Assembly: GCF_963921235.1 (NCBI RefSeq)
Contig: NC_086120.1
Coordinates: 8,122,001-8,186,000, forward strand
Direction: 5' to 3'
Length of the DNA: 64,000 nucleotides
Source: Mobula hypostoma
Lineage: Eukaryota
Every line of letters starts with the position of its first letter. Within the stretch, counting starts at the first letter, position 1. Positions 1 to 10,533 of this stretch are shown piece after piece. The notes under the pieces are model-generated. The model worked only from the letters and a program-made list of their open reading frames with translations. It did no database searches and was not told where the DNA came from. The position numbers and the translations under genes are program-made.

Positions 1-3000
1 GGGGGACCAATATCCTGGCAGGGAGATTAGCGAGGGCTACTGAGGTGACTTTAAACTAGAATGGTTGGGGGGTGGGAATCAAATTAAAGAGGCTAGGCGT
101 GAGGAGGTTAGTTCACAACAGGGGGATGGGAACCAGTGCAGAGAGACAGAGGGGTGTAAAGTCAGGGTAGAAGCAAAAAGTACTAAAGAGAAGAGTAAAA
201 GTGGCAGGCCAACAAATCCAGGGCAAGCATTAAAAGGGGCCACTTTTCAACATAATTGTATAAGAGCTAAGAGAGTTGTAAAAGAGCGCCTGAAGGCTTT
301 GTGTGTCAATGCAAGGAGCATTCGTAATAAGGTGGATGAATTGAAAGTGCAGATTGTTATTAATGATTATGATATAGTTGGGATTACAGAGACATGGCTC
401 CAGGGTGACCAAGGATTGGAGCTCAACGTTCAGGGATATTCAATATTCAGGAGGGATAGACATGAAGGAAGGGGAGGTGTGGTGGCGTTGCTGGTTAAAG
501 AAGAGATTAATGCAATAGAAAGGAAGGACATAAGCCGGAAAGATGTGGAATCGATATGGGTAGAGCTGCGTAACACTAAGGGGCAGAAGACGCTGGTGGG
601 AGTTGTGTACAGGCCACCTATGGTAGTGAGGTCGGAGATGGTATTAAACAGGAAATTAGAAATGTGTGCAATAAAGGAACAGCAGTTATAATGGGTGACT
701 TCAATCTATATGTAGACTGGGTGAACCAAATTGGTAAAGGTGCTGAGGAAGAGGATTTCTTGGAATGTATGCGGGATGGTTTTTTGAACCAACATGTCGA
801 GGAACCAACTAGAGAGCAGGCTATTCTGGACTGGGTTTTGAGCAATGAGGAAGGGTTAATTAGCAATCTTGTCGTGAGAGGCCCCTTGGGTAAGAGTGAC
901 CATAATATGGTGGAATTCTTCATTAAGATGGAGAGTGACATAGTTAATTCAGAAACAAAGGTTCTGAACTTAAAGAGGGGTAACTTTGAAGGTGTGAGAC
1001 GTGAATTAGCTAAGATAGACTGGCAAATGACACTTAAAGGATTGACAGTGGATATGCAATGGCAAGCATTTAAAGGTTGCATGGATGAACTACAACAATT
1101 GTTCATCCCAGTTTGGCAAAAGAATAAATCAAGGAAGGTAGTGCACCCGTGGCTGACAAGAGAAATTAGGAATAGTATCAATTCCAAAGAAGAAGCATAC
1201 AAATTAGCCAGAGAAAGTGGCTCACCTGAGGACTGGGAGAAATTCAGAGTTCAGCAGAAGAGGACAAAGGGCTTAATTAGGAAGGGGAAAAAAGATTATG
1301 AGAGAAAACTGGCAGGGAACATAAAAACTGACTGTAAAAGCTTTTATAGATATGTAAAAAGGAAAAGACTGGTAAAGACAAATGTAGGTCCCCTACAGAC
1401 AGAAACAGGTGAATTGATTATGTGGAGCAAGGACATGGCAGACCAATTGAATAATTACTTTGGTTCTGTCTTCACTAAGGAGGACATAAATAATCTTCCA
1501 GAAATAGTAGGGGACAGAGGGTCCAGTGAGATGGAGGAACTGAGCGAAATACTTGTTAGTAGGGAAGTGGTGTTAGGTAAATTGAAGGGATTGAAGGCAG
1601 CTAAATCCCCAGGGCCAGATGGTCTGCATCCTAGAGTGCTTAAGGAAGTAGCCCAAGAAATAGTGGATGCATTAGTGATAATTTTTCAAAACTCGTTAGA
1701 TTCTGGACTAGTTCCTGAGGATTGGAGGGTGGCTAATGTAACCCCACTTTTTAAAAAAGGAGGGAGAGAGAAACCGGGGAATTATAGACCGGTTAGTCTA
1801 ACGTCGGTGGTGGGGAAACTGCTGGAGTCAGTTATCAAAGATGTGATAACAGCACATTGGGAAAGCGGTGAAATCATCGGACAAAGTCAGCATGGATTTG
1901 TGAAAGGAAAATCATGTCTGACGAATCTCATAGAATTTTTTGAGGATGTAACCAGTAGAGTGGATAGGGGAGAACCAGTGGATGTGGTATATTTGGATTT
2001 TCAAAAGGGTTTTGACAAGGTCCCACACAGGAGATTAGTGTGCAAACTTAAAGCACACGGTATTGGGGGTAAGGTATTGATGTGGATGGAGAACTGGTTA
2101 GCAGACAGGAAGCAAAGAGTGGGAATAAATGGGACCTTTTCAGAATGGCAGGCGGTGACTAGTGGGGTACCGCAAGGCTCAGTGCTGCGACCCCAGTTGT
2201 TTACAATATATATTATTGACTTGGATGAGGGAATTAAATGCAGCATCTCCAAGTTTGCGGATGACACGAAGCTGGGTGGCAGTGTTAACTGTGAAGAGGA
2301 TGCTAGGAGGATGCAGAGTGACTTGGATAGGTTGGGTGAGTGGGCAAATTCATGGCAGATGCAATTTAATGTGGATAAAAGTGAAGTTATCCACTTTGGT
2401 GGCAAAAATAGGAAAACAGATTATTATCTGAATGGTGGCCGATTAGGAAAAAGGGAGGTGCAACGTGACCTGGGTGTCATTATACACCAGTCATTGAAAG
2501 TGGGTATGCAGGTACAGCAGGCGGTGAAAAAGGCGAATGGTATGCTGGCATTTATAGCGAGAGGATTCGAGTACAGGAGCAGGGAGGTACTACTGCAGTT
2601 GTACAAGGCCTTGGTGAGACAACACCTGGAGTATTGTGTGCAGTTTTGGTCCCCTAATCTGAGGAAAGACATCCTTGCCATAGAGGGAGTACAAAGAAGG
2701 TTCACCAGATTGATTCCTGGGATGGCAGGACTTTCATATGAAGAAAGACTGGATGAACTGGGCTTGTACTGGTTGGAATTTAGAAGATTGAGGGGGGATC
2801 TGATTGAAACGTATAAAATCCTAAAGGGATTGGACAGGCTAGATGCAGGAAGATTGTTCCCGATGTGGGGAAGTCCAGAACAAGGGGTCACAGTTTGAGG
2901 ATAAAGGGGAAGCCTTTTAGGACCAAGATTAGGAAAAACTTCTTCACACAGAGAGTGGTGAACTGTGGAATTCTCTGCCACAGGAAACAGTTGAGGCCAG

Positions 3001-3187
3001 TTCATTGGCTATATTTAAGAGGGAGTTAGATATGGCCCTTGTGGCTATGGGGATCAGGGGGTATGGAGGGAAGGCTGGGGCGGGGTTCTGAGTTGGATGA
3101 TCAGCCATGATCATAATAAATGGTGGTGCAGGCTCGAAGGGCCGAATGGCCTACTCCTGCACCTATTTTCTATGTTTCTGTTTCTAT
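1..3187 (+). mobile_element. CR1 LINE: end of ORF1 (1-59), frameshifted ORF2 (APE endonuclease + RT), 3' tail
   Basis: 1-59 reads GTNILAGRLARATEVTLN* (CR1 ORF1 end). ORFs 65..691 and 664..2898 carry NARSI, VGITETW, GDFN, SDHN, GVPQGS and FADDTK. Frameshifts near 620 and 2870; tail ttttctatgtttctgtttcta. Confidence 0.95.
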
Positions 3188-5670
3188 AAGGGGCTCCAAA
3201 CTGCTCACAATATGCTGTGCGGCTTCACTAGTGCTTTAGAAACTATCAAAATTGCATCCCTGCTTTTCGATTGTAGTCCTTTTGAAATGAATGCTAACCT
3301 TAATTTGCCTTCCTCACCAAAGATGCAACCTGCAAGTTAACCTTTAGGGAATCTTGCTCAATCACCCCCAAGTCGCTTTACAGCTCAGTTTCTTTGTATT
3401 TTCTCTCCATTTAGAAAATAGTCAACTGTTTCATTTCCGCTACCAAAGTGCAGGGCCATATAGTTCCTGACACTTTATTCCAACTGCTATTTCTTTATCC
3501 ATTCTCTGAATCAGTCTAAGTCCTTCTTTAGTTTCTGTACTTGCTCAAATCTACATGCCACTTCACCTATCTTCATACTGTATGCAAACTTTACAACAAC
3601 ACCATCAATTCCGTCATCCAAATCACTGACATTTATCGTAAAAAGAATCGGTCCCAACAGAGACCCCTGTGGAGCACCACTAGTCTCCAACCAGCCAGAA
3701 AAGGCTCCCTTTAATGCCACTCTTTGCCTTCTGCCAACCAGCCACTGGTTTATTCATGTTAGCATGTTTCCTGTAATAAAATGACATCATAGCTTGTTAA
3801 GATCCTCATGTGTGGCATTTTGTTTAAGGCGTTCTGAAAATCCAAGCACACAACATCAACTGATTTACCATTCTCTATCCCACTTGTTATTTCCTCAAAG
3901 AATTCCAACAGATTTATCAGGCAAGAGTTTCCCCCAATGAAACCATTCTCACTACAATCTGTTTTATCATGTGCCTCCAAGTACCCCAAAACCACTTCCT
4001 TATCAATTGTCTCCAACATCTTCCCAACCTCTGAGGCCTGTAAATTCTCTTCTTCTGCCTCTCTCCCTTCTTGAAGAGCAGAGTGACATTAGCAATATTC
4101 CGGTCTTCCAGAACCATTCCAGAATCTAAATATTCTTGCAAGATCATTACTAATGCCTCCTTTTTCAGAACACTTGAGTGTACACTGTCTAGTCCATTTA
4201 ATTGTCCCTCCATTTCATTGTCCCCCATTACAACCTCTCCAGCAGTGTCTCCAGTCGTCTGATATCCACAGTCTTTTGAACTTTATGTATCTGAAGAAAC
4301 ATTTGGTATGCTCTTTAACATTATTGGCTAGCTTAATTTCATGTTCTACCTTTACCTTCTTCGTGACATTTTTAGTTGCCTTCTGTTGATTTTTTAAAAC
4401 TTCCCAGTCCTCTAACATCCCACTAACTTTTGCTCTATATGATACCCACTCTTTAGCTTTTATATCGGCTGTTTCCTCTCTTGTTAGCCACATTTGTTTC
4501 ATCTTTCATTTAGAATATATCTTCCTCTTTGGGATGTATAATTCCTATACCTCCTAAATTCCTTTCAGAAATTACAGCCATTGCTGCTCTGCCATCATCC
4601 CAGCCAGTGTTCTTTTTCAATGAATCCTGGCCCACTCCTCTCTCATTCCTCAGTAATTTATTTTACTCAACGGTAATACTGAGATAACTGATATTAGCTT
4701 CTCCTTTTCTAACTTTCGGGTGAATTTGATCATATTATGATCTCTTTGCCTTCAGGACTGTTTTACCTGAAGCTATCGAATTAATTCTGATTCACTGCAC
4801 AGCACCCAATCCAGAATAACTGATCCTCCAGCGGGTTTAACCATGAGCTGCTCTAAAATCCCATCTTGTAGGCACTCTAGAAATTCATCCTTCTAGAATA
4901 AAGCACCAACGTAAATTTCCCAATATACCTGCATATTAAAATTCCCCATGACTATTATTACATTTCCTTTGTTGCATGCATTTTCCATCTCCCACTAAAG
5001 TTTGTAAGCCACATTGTTACTATTCTTTGGGGTTTTGGATAAAATTCCCATCAGAGTCTTTTAACACTTACAGTTCCTTAGCTCTATCCAGAATGATTCA
5101 ATACCTTCCCACCCCATGTCACCTCTTTCTGATGATTTGAATTCATTTTTTAACCAACAGATCAACACCTCCCCCCTTGCCTTCCAGCCTTTCCTTTTGA
5201 TATAATCTGTATCCTTGGTCATTAAGCTCCCAGATGTGATGTTTTCTCAGCCACAATTCAGTGATGCTTTCAACATCATCGCTGCCAATCTGCAACTGTG
5301 CTGCAAGTTTACCTATCTTATTCTGCATTCAAATACAACATCTTCAGTCCTGTATTCACCCTTTCTGATTCTGTCTGCCTTCATTGTTGCAACTCATTCT
5401 CTTGACGGCAATTTTGCCCCATCAACATCCCCTCGTAACCTATCATGCCTTCTACTTGTAAACCTGTTACCTCATCTCCAGCACTATTATCCATCTTTTA
5501 ATTGTCCATCCATTGGTAGCTCTGGCATTGAAATAGATGCAGCTCAGGACACTAGTTGCACCATGCTCAACATTTTGATTCCAAACTTTGTCTGAGGTCT
5601 TACCAATATCTGCCTCCACAACCTATCCACTTACAGTTCTGGCACTCTGGCTCCCATCCCACTGGCCTAA
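3188..5670 (-). mobile_element. Decayed CR1 LINE (ORF2 and ORF1 end), 3' part cut off at CR1 1-3187
   Basis: Minus ORF pieces SGAPQGSLLGPILF, KFAYSMK (decayed FADDTK), NGFIGGNSCLINLLEFFEE, ITELWL. Confidence 0.9.
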
Positions 5671-5689
5671 TTTCTGACTGCATTCAGTC

Positions 5690-5900
5690 ATAAAGCATGG
5701 AAAGAGACCCTTCAGCGGACTGTGCCTGTGCCCTCCATCAGACTCCGATTTACACCAACCCTGAACCAATCCCTTTTCATTCTCCTCACATTCCCTTCAA
5801 ATCCTGACACTCTTCTGCAAAGCTGGGCCAATTTACACTGGCCAAGTGCACCAGAAAGCCAAACATCATGGAAATGTTTGTAGAAAATGGTACCCATTCA
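5690..5900 (-). mobile_element. Old degenerate SINE (V-SINE/HE1-like)
   Basis: Loosely resembles the SINE at 6783-6990 (cccttc.g..., gccaatttacactggcc). Confidence 0.4.
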
Positions 5901-6289
5901 TTCTCCCCATCCAGGACTTCCCAGTGAAATTATTGAACAGGGTTTAGTGACTGAGACACCATAGAGATAACATACCTGCCCTGAATCATGTCTGCCACAG
6001 TAAACTCAAGTTATCGCTAACTTTGAGAATCCTCTCTCTTGTTCCTCTGCAGACCATTCTACTCTCCCCCTGCACAATGGACCAGCTTGCACAATGAACA
6101 CAATGGACCATACGTTCATCCTCCAGCGCAGGAGAAGACTCCCAATCAGTACTCTGAATATCATACAGTCAGGGAGCAGTGTGTCCTCAGGGGCTCCTGG
6201 CCAATCTGTCTGCTCTTCTGTCTGTTTGACGATCACCCAGTCTCCCACTATTTTCATTAACTTTAGCTGCAGGATGAGCACCTCCAGCA

Positions 6290-6458
6290 ATCTCTTTACG
6301 ATAGGATCTTTTAAGAGACTTTTGGATAGTTACCAGGAGCTTAGAAAATTAGAGGGCTATGGTCAAATCTAGTAATTTCTAAGGTAGGGACATGATCGGC
6401 ACAACTTAGTTGGCCGAAGGGCATGTATTGTGCTGTAGGTTTTCTATGTTTCTATGTA
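6290..6458 (+). mobile_element. CR1 3' UTR fragment
   Basis: ggcacaac...ggccgaagggc.tgtattgtgctgtaggttttctatgtttctatg matches the CR1 tails elsewhere in the window. Confidence 0.8.
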
Positions 6459-6782
6459 ACCTGCTGCACACAAAACATTCAACCTTGGGCAAGGACTGTT
6501 GTTGCTCGAACACTAAACTCCAGAGACCCAGCTGCTCCAGCTGGCAACAACTCCTGTTCCTTTTATCAGACTATCTCAAGGATCAGGTGAAGACTACACT
6601 GAAAACAAAATCACTGTGCAACGACTTGTTGCCTGAATCCACCCCCGCTCCCCAACTCCACCCGCCCAAGAATGTTGTTGATTCCCTTGGATATTTGTTG
6701 AGCACATGTGCCCATGGAAGCTCACTGGGACCCGTCACCCGAATGTATGAAGTGGGATTGGAGGCTGACATGGACGGGTAAT

Positions 6783-6990
6783 GATTTATTTATTTAGTCA
6801 TTTCGAGAGACAAAGGAACAGGCCCTTCCGGCCCAACCAACCTATTTAACACTATCCTAATCAAAGGAACATTTACAATGACCAGTTAATTTACTAACCT
6901 TTGTGTGTCCTTGGAATGTGGGAGGAAACCGGAGCACCTGAAGGAAACGTCCGCACTCACGAAGAGAACGTAGAAACTCCTTTCAGCCCG
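6783..6990 (-). mobile_element. V-SINE (HE1-like) fragment with (AAAT)n tail
   Basis: Core ggaatgtgggaggaaaccggagcac (reverse complement of the V-SINE core gtgctccggtttcctcccacattcc); atttatttattt at the left end. Confidence 0.7.
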
Positions 6991-7134
6991 TGGCAGATTT
7001 AAATGTTTTACACAACATCGCTCCAAATTTTAATTGCGTCGTGCGAATCCCTACGCTACCATAGTGCCTATGATGAGAGGCTCCCTCTCCCAAAGGGTTA
7101 TAACTCTGCCTGTGTTTCGGGTCATTGTGTGTGT

Positions 7135-7203
7135 GTAGTAATACCGGAGGATCCATCGTGGAGTTGTTCCCGCTGTCTGCTTGTACCAAAGTACACAATA
7201 GCT
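7135..7203 (-). pseudogene. Inverted Ig light-chain V fragment (CDR1 end/FR2/CDR2 start)
   Basis: Minus strand reads SYCVLWYKQTAGTTPRWILRYYY and aligns with SYPVGWYKQTPGTVPQLILYY (8551-8612) and SYVVNWCKQTLGTTPQWILYYY (15999-16063). Confidence 0.8.
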
Positions 7204-7914
7204 TTCTGCACTTTACTGTTCGTCAGAGCAGATTTCATCCCCACATTCAGACAGACTTCAAACCCCCTAACAGTCAGGGTGGATTTGAACTCAACATCTG
7301 AATGACTCGTGTGGAAACAGGAAGTCTGTACTGTCTGCTCCGTTGTACCTGGATCTGTGAGGGATGGTAAGTGGCAAGAACTGAATCAGGGAAATAAGGG
7401 GGAAAGATTACCTTTTATTTCAAAACCAGGGAACAAACTGTGCAAACATTCACAATTATGATTGTGATATTCAGTGAGGTAAACTTTAAAAAGCACACGC
7501 AAATATGGCACGGTAGCCACTCATGTGTCTCCCTATGGCGATTCCCCTTTCATTGATCAGGAGATCAGCCTATGTATTTTTAACTTTGGCTGCACCGACT
7601 ACAATGCACGCACTGCTGGACTTCCCCGTTCGGCAGCATTCATCAGTCTTCCACCGAGCTTCCAGCAGCACCACGTCTGTGTCGGCAGCTTGTAGATCAG
7701 AGGGTTGTCTATTACACATTTGCTGGGAACAAAGAGGACAGAGACCCTTGTGTCTGGCTCCTTCTGTGCAAGTTTGAGAGATATCAGGCACAGAGCAACC
7801 TGTTCGTCCACTCTTGTTTTATCAACGGATCTGCTCTTTGCCGCCAGTAGCACCGCCACATCCTGATGGTGTGAGACGGTGAATAGGAAGGTTTCAAATC
7901 CTTTGCTCTAGTTA

Positions 7915-8160
7915 ATCAGAAACAAGGAAAAATCTGCAGATTCTGGAAATCCGAGCACCACACACAAAATACTGGAGGAACTCATCTGGAAAGGCAGCAT
8001 CTTGGGAAAGAGTGAATAGAGATTGAAAGCGTGAATCCGGCGTAGGATAGAGAAGCGCACAAATATTACCAAAGGGTTTCGGCCCTAAACGGCGATGGTA
8101 CTCTTTTCCTAGATGCTGCCTGGCCTGCTGAGTTCCTCTAGAATTTAGTGTGCGTTGCTC
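7915..8160. mobile_element. Inverted pair of Penelope-like terminal-repeat (pLTR/3' UTR) fragments
   Basis: 7915-8030 is the minus orientation (aatctgcagattctggaaatcc...ctggaggaactca); 8070-8160 is the plus orientation (gatgctgcctggcctgctgagttcctc). Confidence 0.7.
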
Positions 8161-8183
8161 TGGTTGGTCAGTGTGAGTCTCCC

Positions 8184-8225
8184 TGATTTGCATGGGTTTC
8201 CTCCCCGGTATGAATGGCTCTATAA
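8184..8225 (+). promoter_or_regulatory. Ig light-chain V promoter: octamer + TATA
   Basis: TGATTTGCAT at 8184-8193 (ATTTGCAT 8186-8193), TATAA at 8221-8225, ATG at 8304: the canonical IgL promoter order and orientation. Confidence 0.85.
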
Positions 8226-8303
8226 CTGGGTACACCGGAGACGGCGGCGACAGTCTGTCACAGATCCATCGGCTGAAGGGACGTAGGAAGTTGACGGACA
8301 ACA

Positions 8304-8352
8304 ATGATACGGACGCTGTGCTTTTTCTGGTCTCTGGCATTGTGGCTGGGCT
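8304..8352 (+). CDS. IgL (sigma-type) exon 1, leader peptide MIRTLCFFWSLALWLG(S)
   Basis: ATG at 8304, hydrophobic signal peptide, phase-1 donor T|GTAAGT at 8353; 105-nt intron ending ctctcttgcAG at 8457. Confidence 0.92.
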
Positions 8353-8457
8353 GTAAGTACAGGCAGCATGTCTGCACCGCCAGCGGTTGTTGGTGTGGGC
8401 TTCAGGGGTCACGTTAAAGAGTTAATGGTTAAAGCTGATTCCCTGCCTCTCTTGCAG

Positions 8458-8814
8458 CTGGAGAATCCCAGACTCCGACTCAGCCTCCGACTGTGTCGCT
8501 GAGTCCAGGAGGCACGGCCACGTTGGAATGTAACATCGGAACAAAAGCTAGCTATCCTGTTGGTTGGTACAAGCAGACACCGGGAACAGTTCCACAGTTG
8601 ATCCTGTACTACCATCAATCGAACAGCGCCCCGACCTACGAGTCTGGGTTTAGCAGCGACCGTTTCACGTCGACAGCCAACAGCGCCGGTACCGTTTACC
8701 AGTTAATCATAAAAAACGTGGAGCTGAACGATGCAGCCGTCTATTACTGCGGAACGTGGGATTCATCGGGCAGCTATTACTTGTTCGGCCCAGGGACCAA
8801 GCTCTTTGTTACAG
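8458..8814 (+). CDS. IgL (sigma-type) exon 2, pre-joined V-J
   Basis: GESQTPTQPPTVSLSPGGTATLECNIGTKASYPVGWYKQTPGTVPQLILYYHQSNSAPTYESGFSSDRFTSTANSAGTVYQLIIKNVELNDAAVYYCGTWDSSGSYYLFGPGTKLFVT. Both Cys, the Trp and FGxGT are in one frame with no RSS; donor G|GTAAGT at 8815. Sigma assignment rests on recalled motifs (CNxGT, WYKQ, long CDR2, GFSSxRFTS, WDSS). Confidence 0.95.
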
Positions 8815-9858
8815 GTAAGTGTCTGGGAAAACCCTCTAGCTGCATGAATATGGTCACCTGGTAATTAATAATATATACATTATTATTTCTTGGCTAATTT
8901 GATAATGAAAACGCCGATTTACCATCCAGTCGTGCCACGTATCGTTTCTGAAATTGAACGCCCAACTCAATATTTGCGCGGGTTCAATCCTATCAGTTTG
9001 GCCGCTTTTGCTTTGGTTTGTTGGAAGCCAGCGTGAGGAGTTCCAGCTTCTCGGAATGCGGCCCGAGGTATCACCAGGGACATGATGTAGCCCACGGTTA
9101 TCAAGGCAACAGAACTAAAAGTTGAAAGTTATTGTATGAGGATGCTGTAGCGAAACCTCTCTCGTACTTTCACTGAACTTCCATTTTTCCCGGTCCGGGT
9201 AGAACAGTCCTACAGACACCCTCCAATTGCCTCGTCCTTGCCTCCTTTCTCCTTCCACCTTTTCACTTGAGCGCTGCTCCTTTTGGTGTGTGGCCGCTCG
9301 GTGATTCCGGTCGCTACACAGACTAAGGCCAGAGCTTCGGGTCTGCGGAGAATCCCACCTTCCTTCACCCACAGTAATTGCTTCTGCATCGTCACAGTGC
9401 GACTTCCCTAAACCAGCTCTGTGAAACTCCGGACCACGCACATGTTGCCCTGCTCTCTGGGTAAGCGCAGAAATAGGTTTACTCCCATTACAGCTGTGGG
9501 TAATACGGGTGGGAGGCGGCGCGTTGGTGATGAGTGGATGGAGCAAAGGGAAGGAACGTGTCACTGTTGGCACAGGCCAAGGTAGATCCCAAGAGCTGGA
9601 GGTGATGTCACCGAGCAGGTGATGCTGTAATCCAGCTACTCCACAGGAAAATCCTCAAACGGCGATTTGACCGCAAATGTCTAGTTCTTCACTATTGATT
9701 AAAATGCACTGCCCTCCATCGGCACTGACGTGCACCCTAGCGAAACCCTGGGCCCCATTCTTGAAAGCTGGAACCTTTCATTCACGCTTCCGTCCAACTG
9801 TGAAATATCGCGAGATAATCCGTGACCTGCAACATGTCTCCTCTTGTTCCCGATCCAG

Positions 9859-10181
9859 ATCAGCAGCTCCCGGACCCTTCAGTAACACTGCTTGGGCCGT
9901 CAGCCGAGGAGATCTCCGCTAAAGGAACCGGCACCTTAGTTTGCCTGGTCAGTAAGCTGTCGGTGGGCTTCCCTGTCGTCAGCTGGACAGTGAACGACAG
10001 TCCGACGAGCAGTGAGGTGCAAACCAGCGGGGTGACTCAGAACGCGGACAAAACCTTCAGTCTCAGCAGCTACCTGACGGTGCCCGGCGCAGACTGGAGC
10101 AGTGGGAAGAGGTACTCCTGCTCAGTTCAACAAGGAGCAGCCTCGACAATATACGCCACAGTCACACAATCCAGCTGTTAA
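9859..10181 (+). CDS. IgL (sigma-type) exon 3, constant domain
   Basis: Acceptor cttgttcccgatccAG at 9858; DQQLPDPSVTLLGPSAEEISAKGTGTLVCLVSKLSVGFPVVSW...YSCSV...TQSSC*. C1-set Cys/Trp/Cys plus terminal Cys. Exons total 49+357+323=729 nt, i.e. 242 aa plus stop. Confidence 0.95.
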
Positions 10182-10527
10182 ACAGAGCGCGGTTTCGTAC
10201 TTGTTTGCTCCGAACAACAGGAGATTTTTTTTTTTTGCATTTTCACCCCCTCTATCACTCTCTTCACTGTACTCCGAACTCTGATCAGAGCTCTGTGGTT
10301 TCCATTGTGTTGTTAGAATACTTGCACCCGAGACTGATTTTGTTCTGTTTCATTCGCTGAGAAACTACGTGGGGTAAAAGTGGCCTGTTTCTTGTCATCA
10401 TTAGAAATATCAGCTAGTGAATTGTTTTATCTGTGATCTGGGATGGATCTAATTAAAGTTATTAATCTATGTGCTAATGATTTCTCATCAGTATCAGACT
10501 AACAGATGGTAACTGCCACACACTGCT

Positions 10528-10533
10528 AATAAA
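10528..10533 (+). terminator. Polyadenylation signal of the IgL gene
   Basis: AATAAA about 350 nt after the stop, followed by GT-rich sequence. The paralogous site is AATAAT in copy 2 (18121) and AATAAA in the minus C copy (43806-43811). Confidence 0.65.

Noticed and set aside
618-3005. Long minus-strand ORFs over CR1 (also 48138..48440 and 57151..57510)
   Set aside because: They are antisense shadows of LINE coding sequence.
7400-7504. ACGCAAAT and a leader-like stretch as the promoter and leader of the inverted V fragment
   Set aside because: No ATG, an in-frame stop, and an octamer spacing (about 35 nt) unlike that of the real gene.
7599-7859. Minus ORF with VALCLIS, faintly like a C1 or TCR constant domain
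   Set aside because: No correctly spaced Trp or second Cys, and no splice sites.
8458-8814. V-J joint as a retroposed cDNA or a somatic rearrangement
   Set aside because: The leader and J-C introns and the promoter are present, so it is not processed. A decayed duplicate shares the junction length, so somatic origin is unlikely, though not formally excluded without germline DNA.
9393-9431. CACAGTG heptamer in the J-C intron; also CACTGTG at 6612, 10863 and 15552
   Set aside because: No ACAAAAACC-like nonamer at a 12- or 23-nt spacing, and the 9393 site is not conserved in copy 2.
9115-9654. Long antisense open frame in the J-C intron; Ig-C-like words (LVCVATG, SEEL, THSC) in neighbouring frames
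   Set aside because: The frame is broken in copy 2, the motifs fall in different frames with wrong Cys spacing, and GC-rich DNA gives long chance ORFs.
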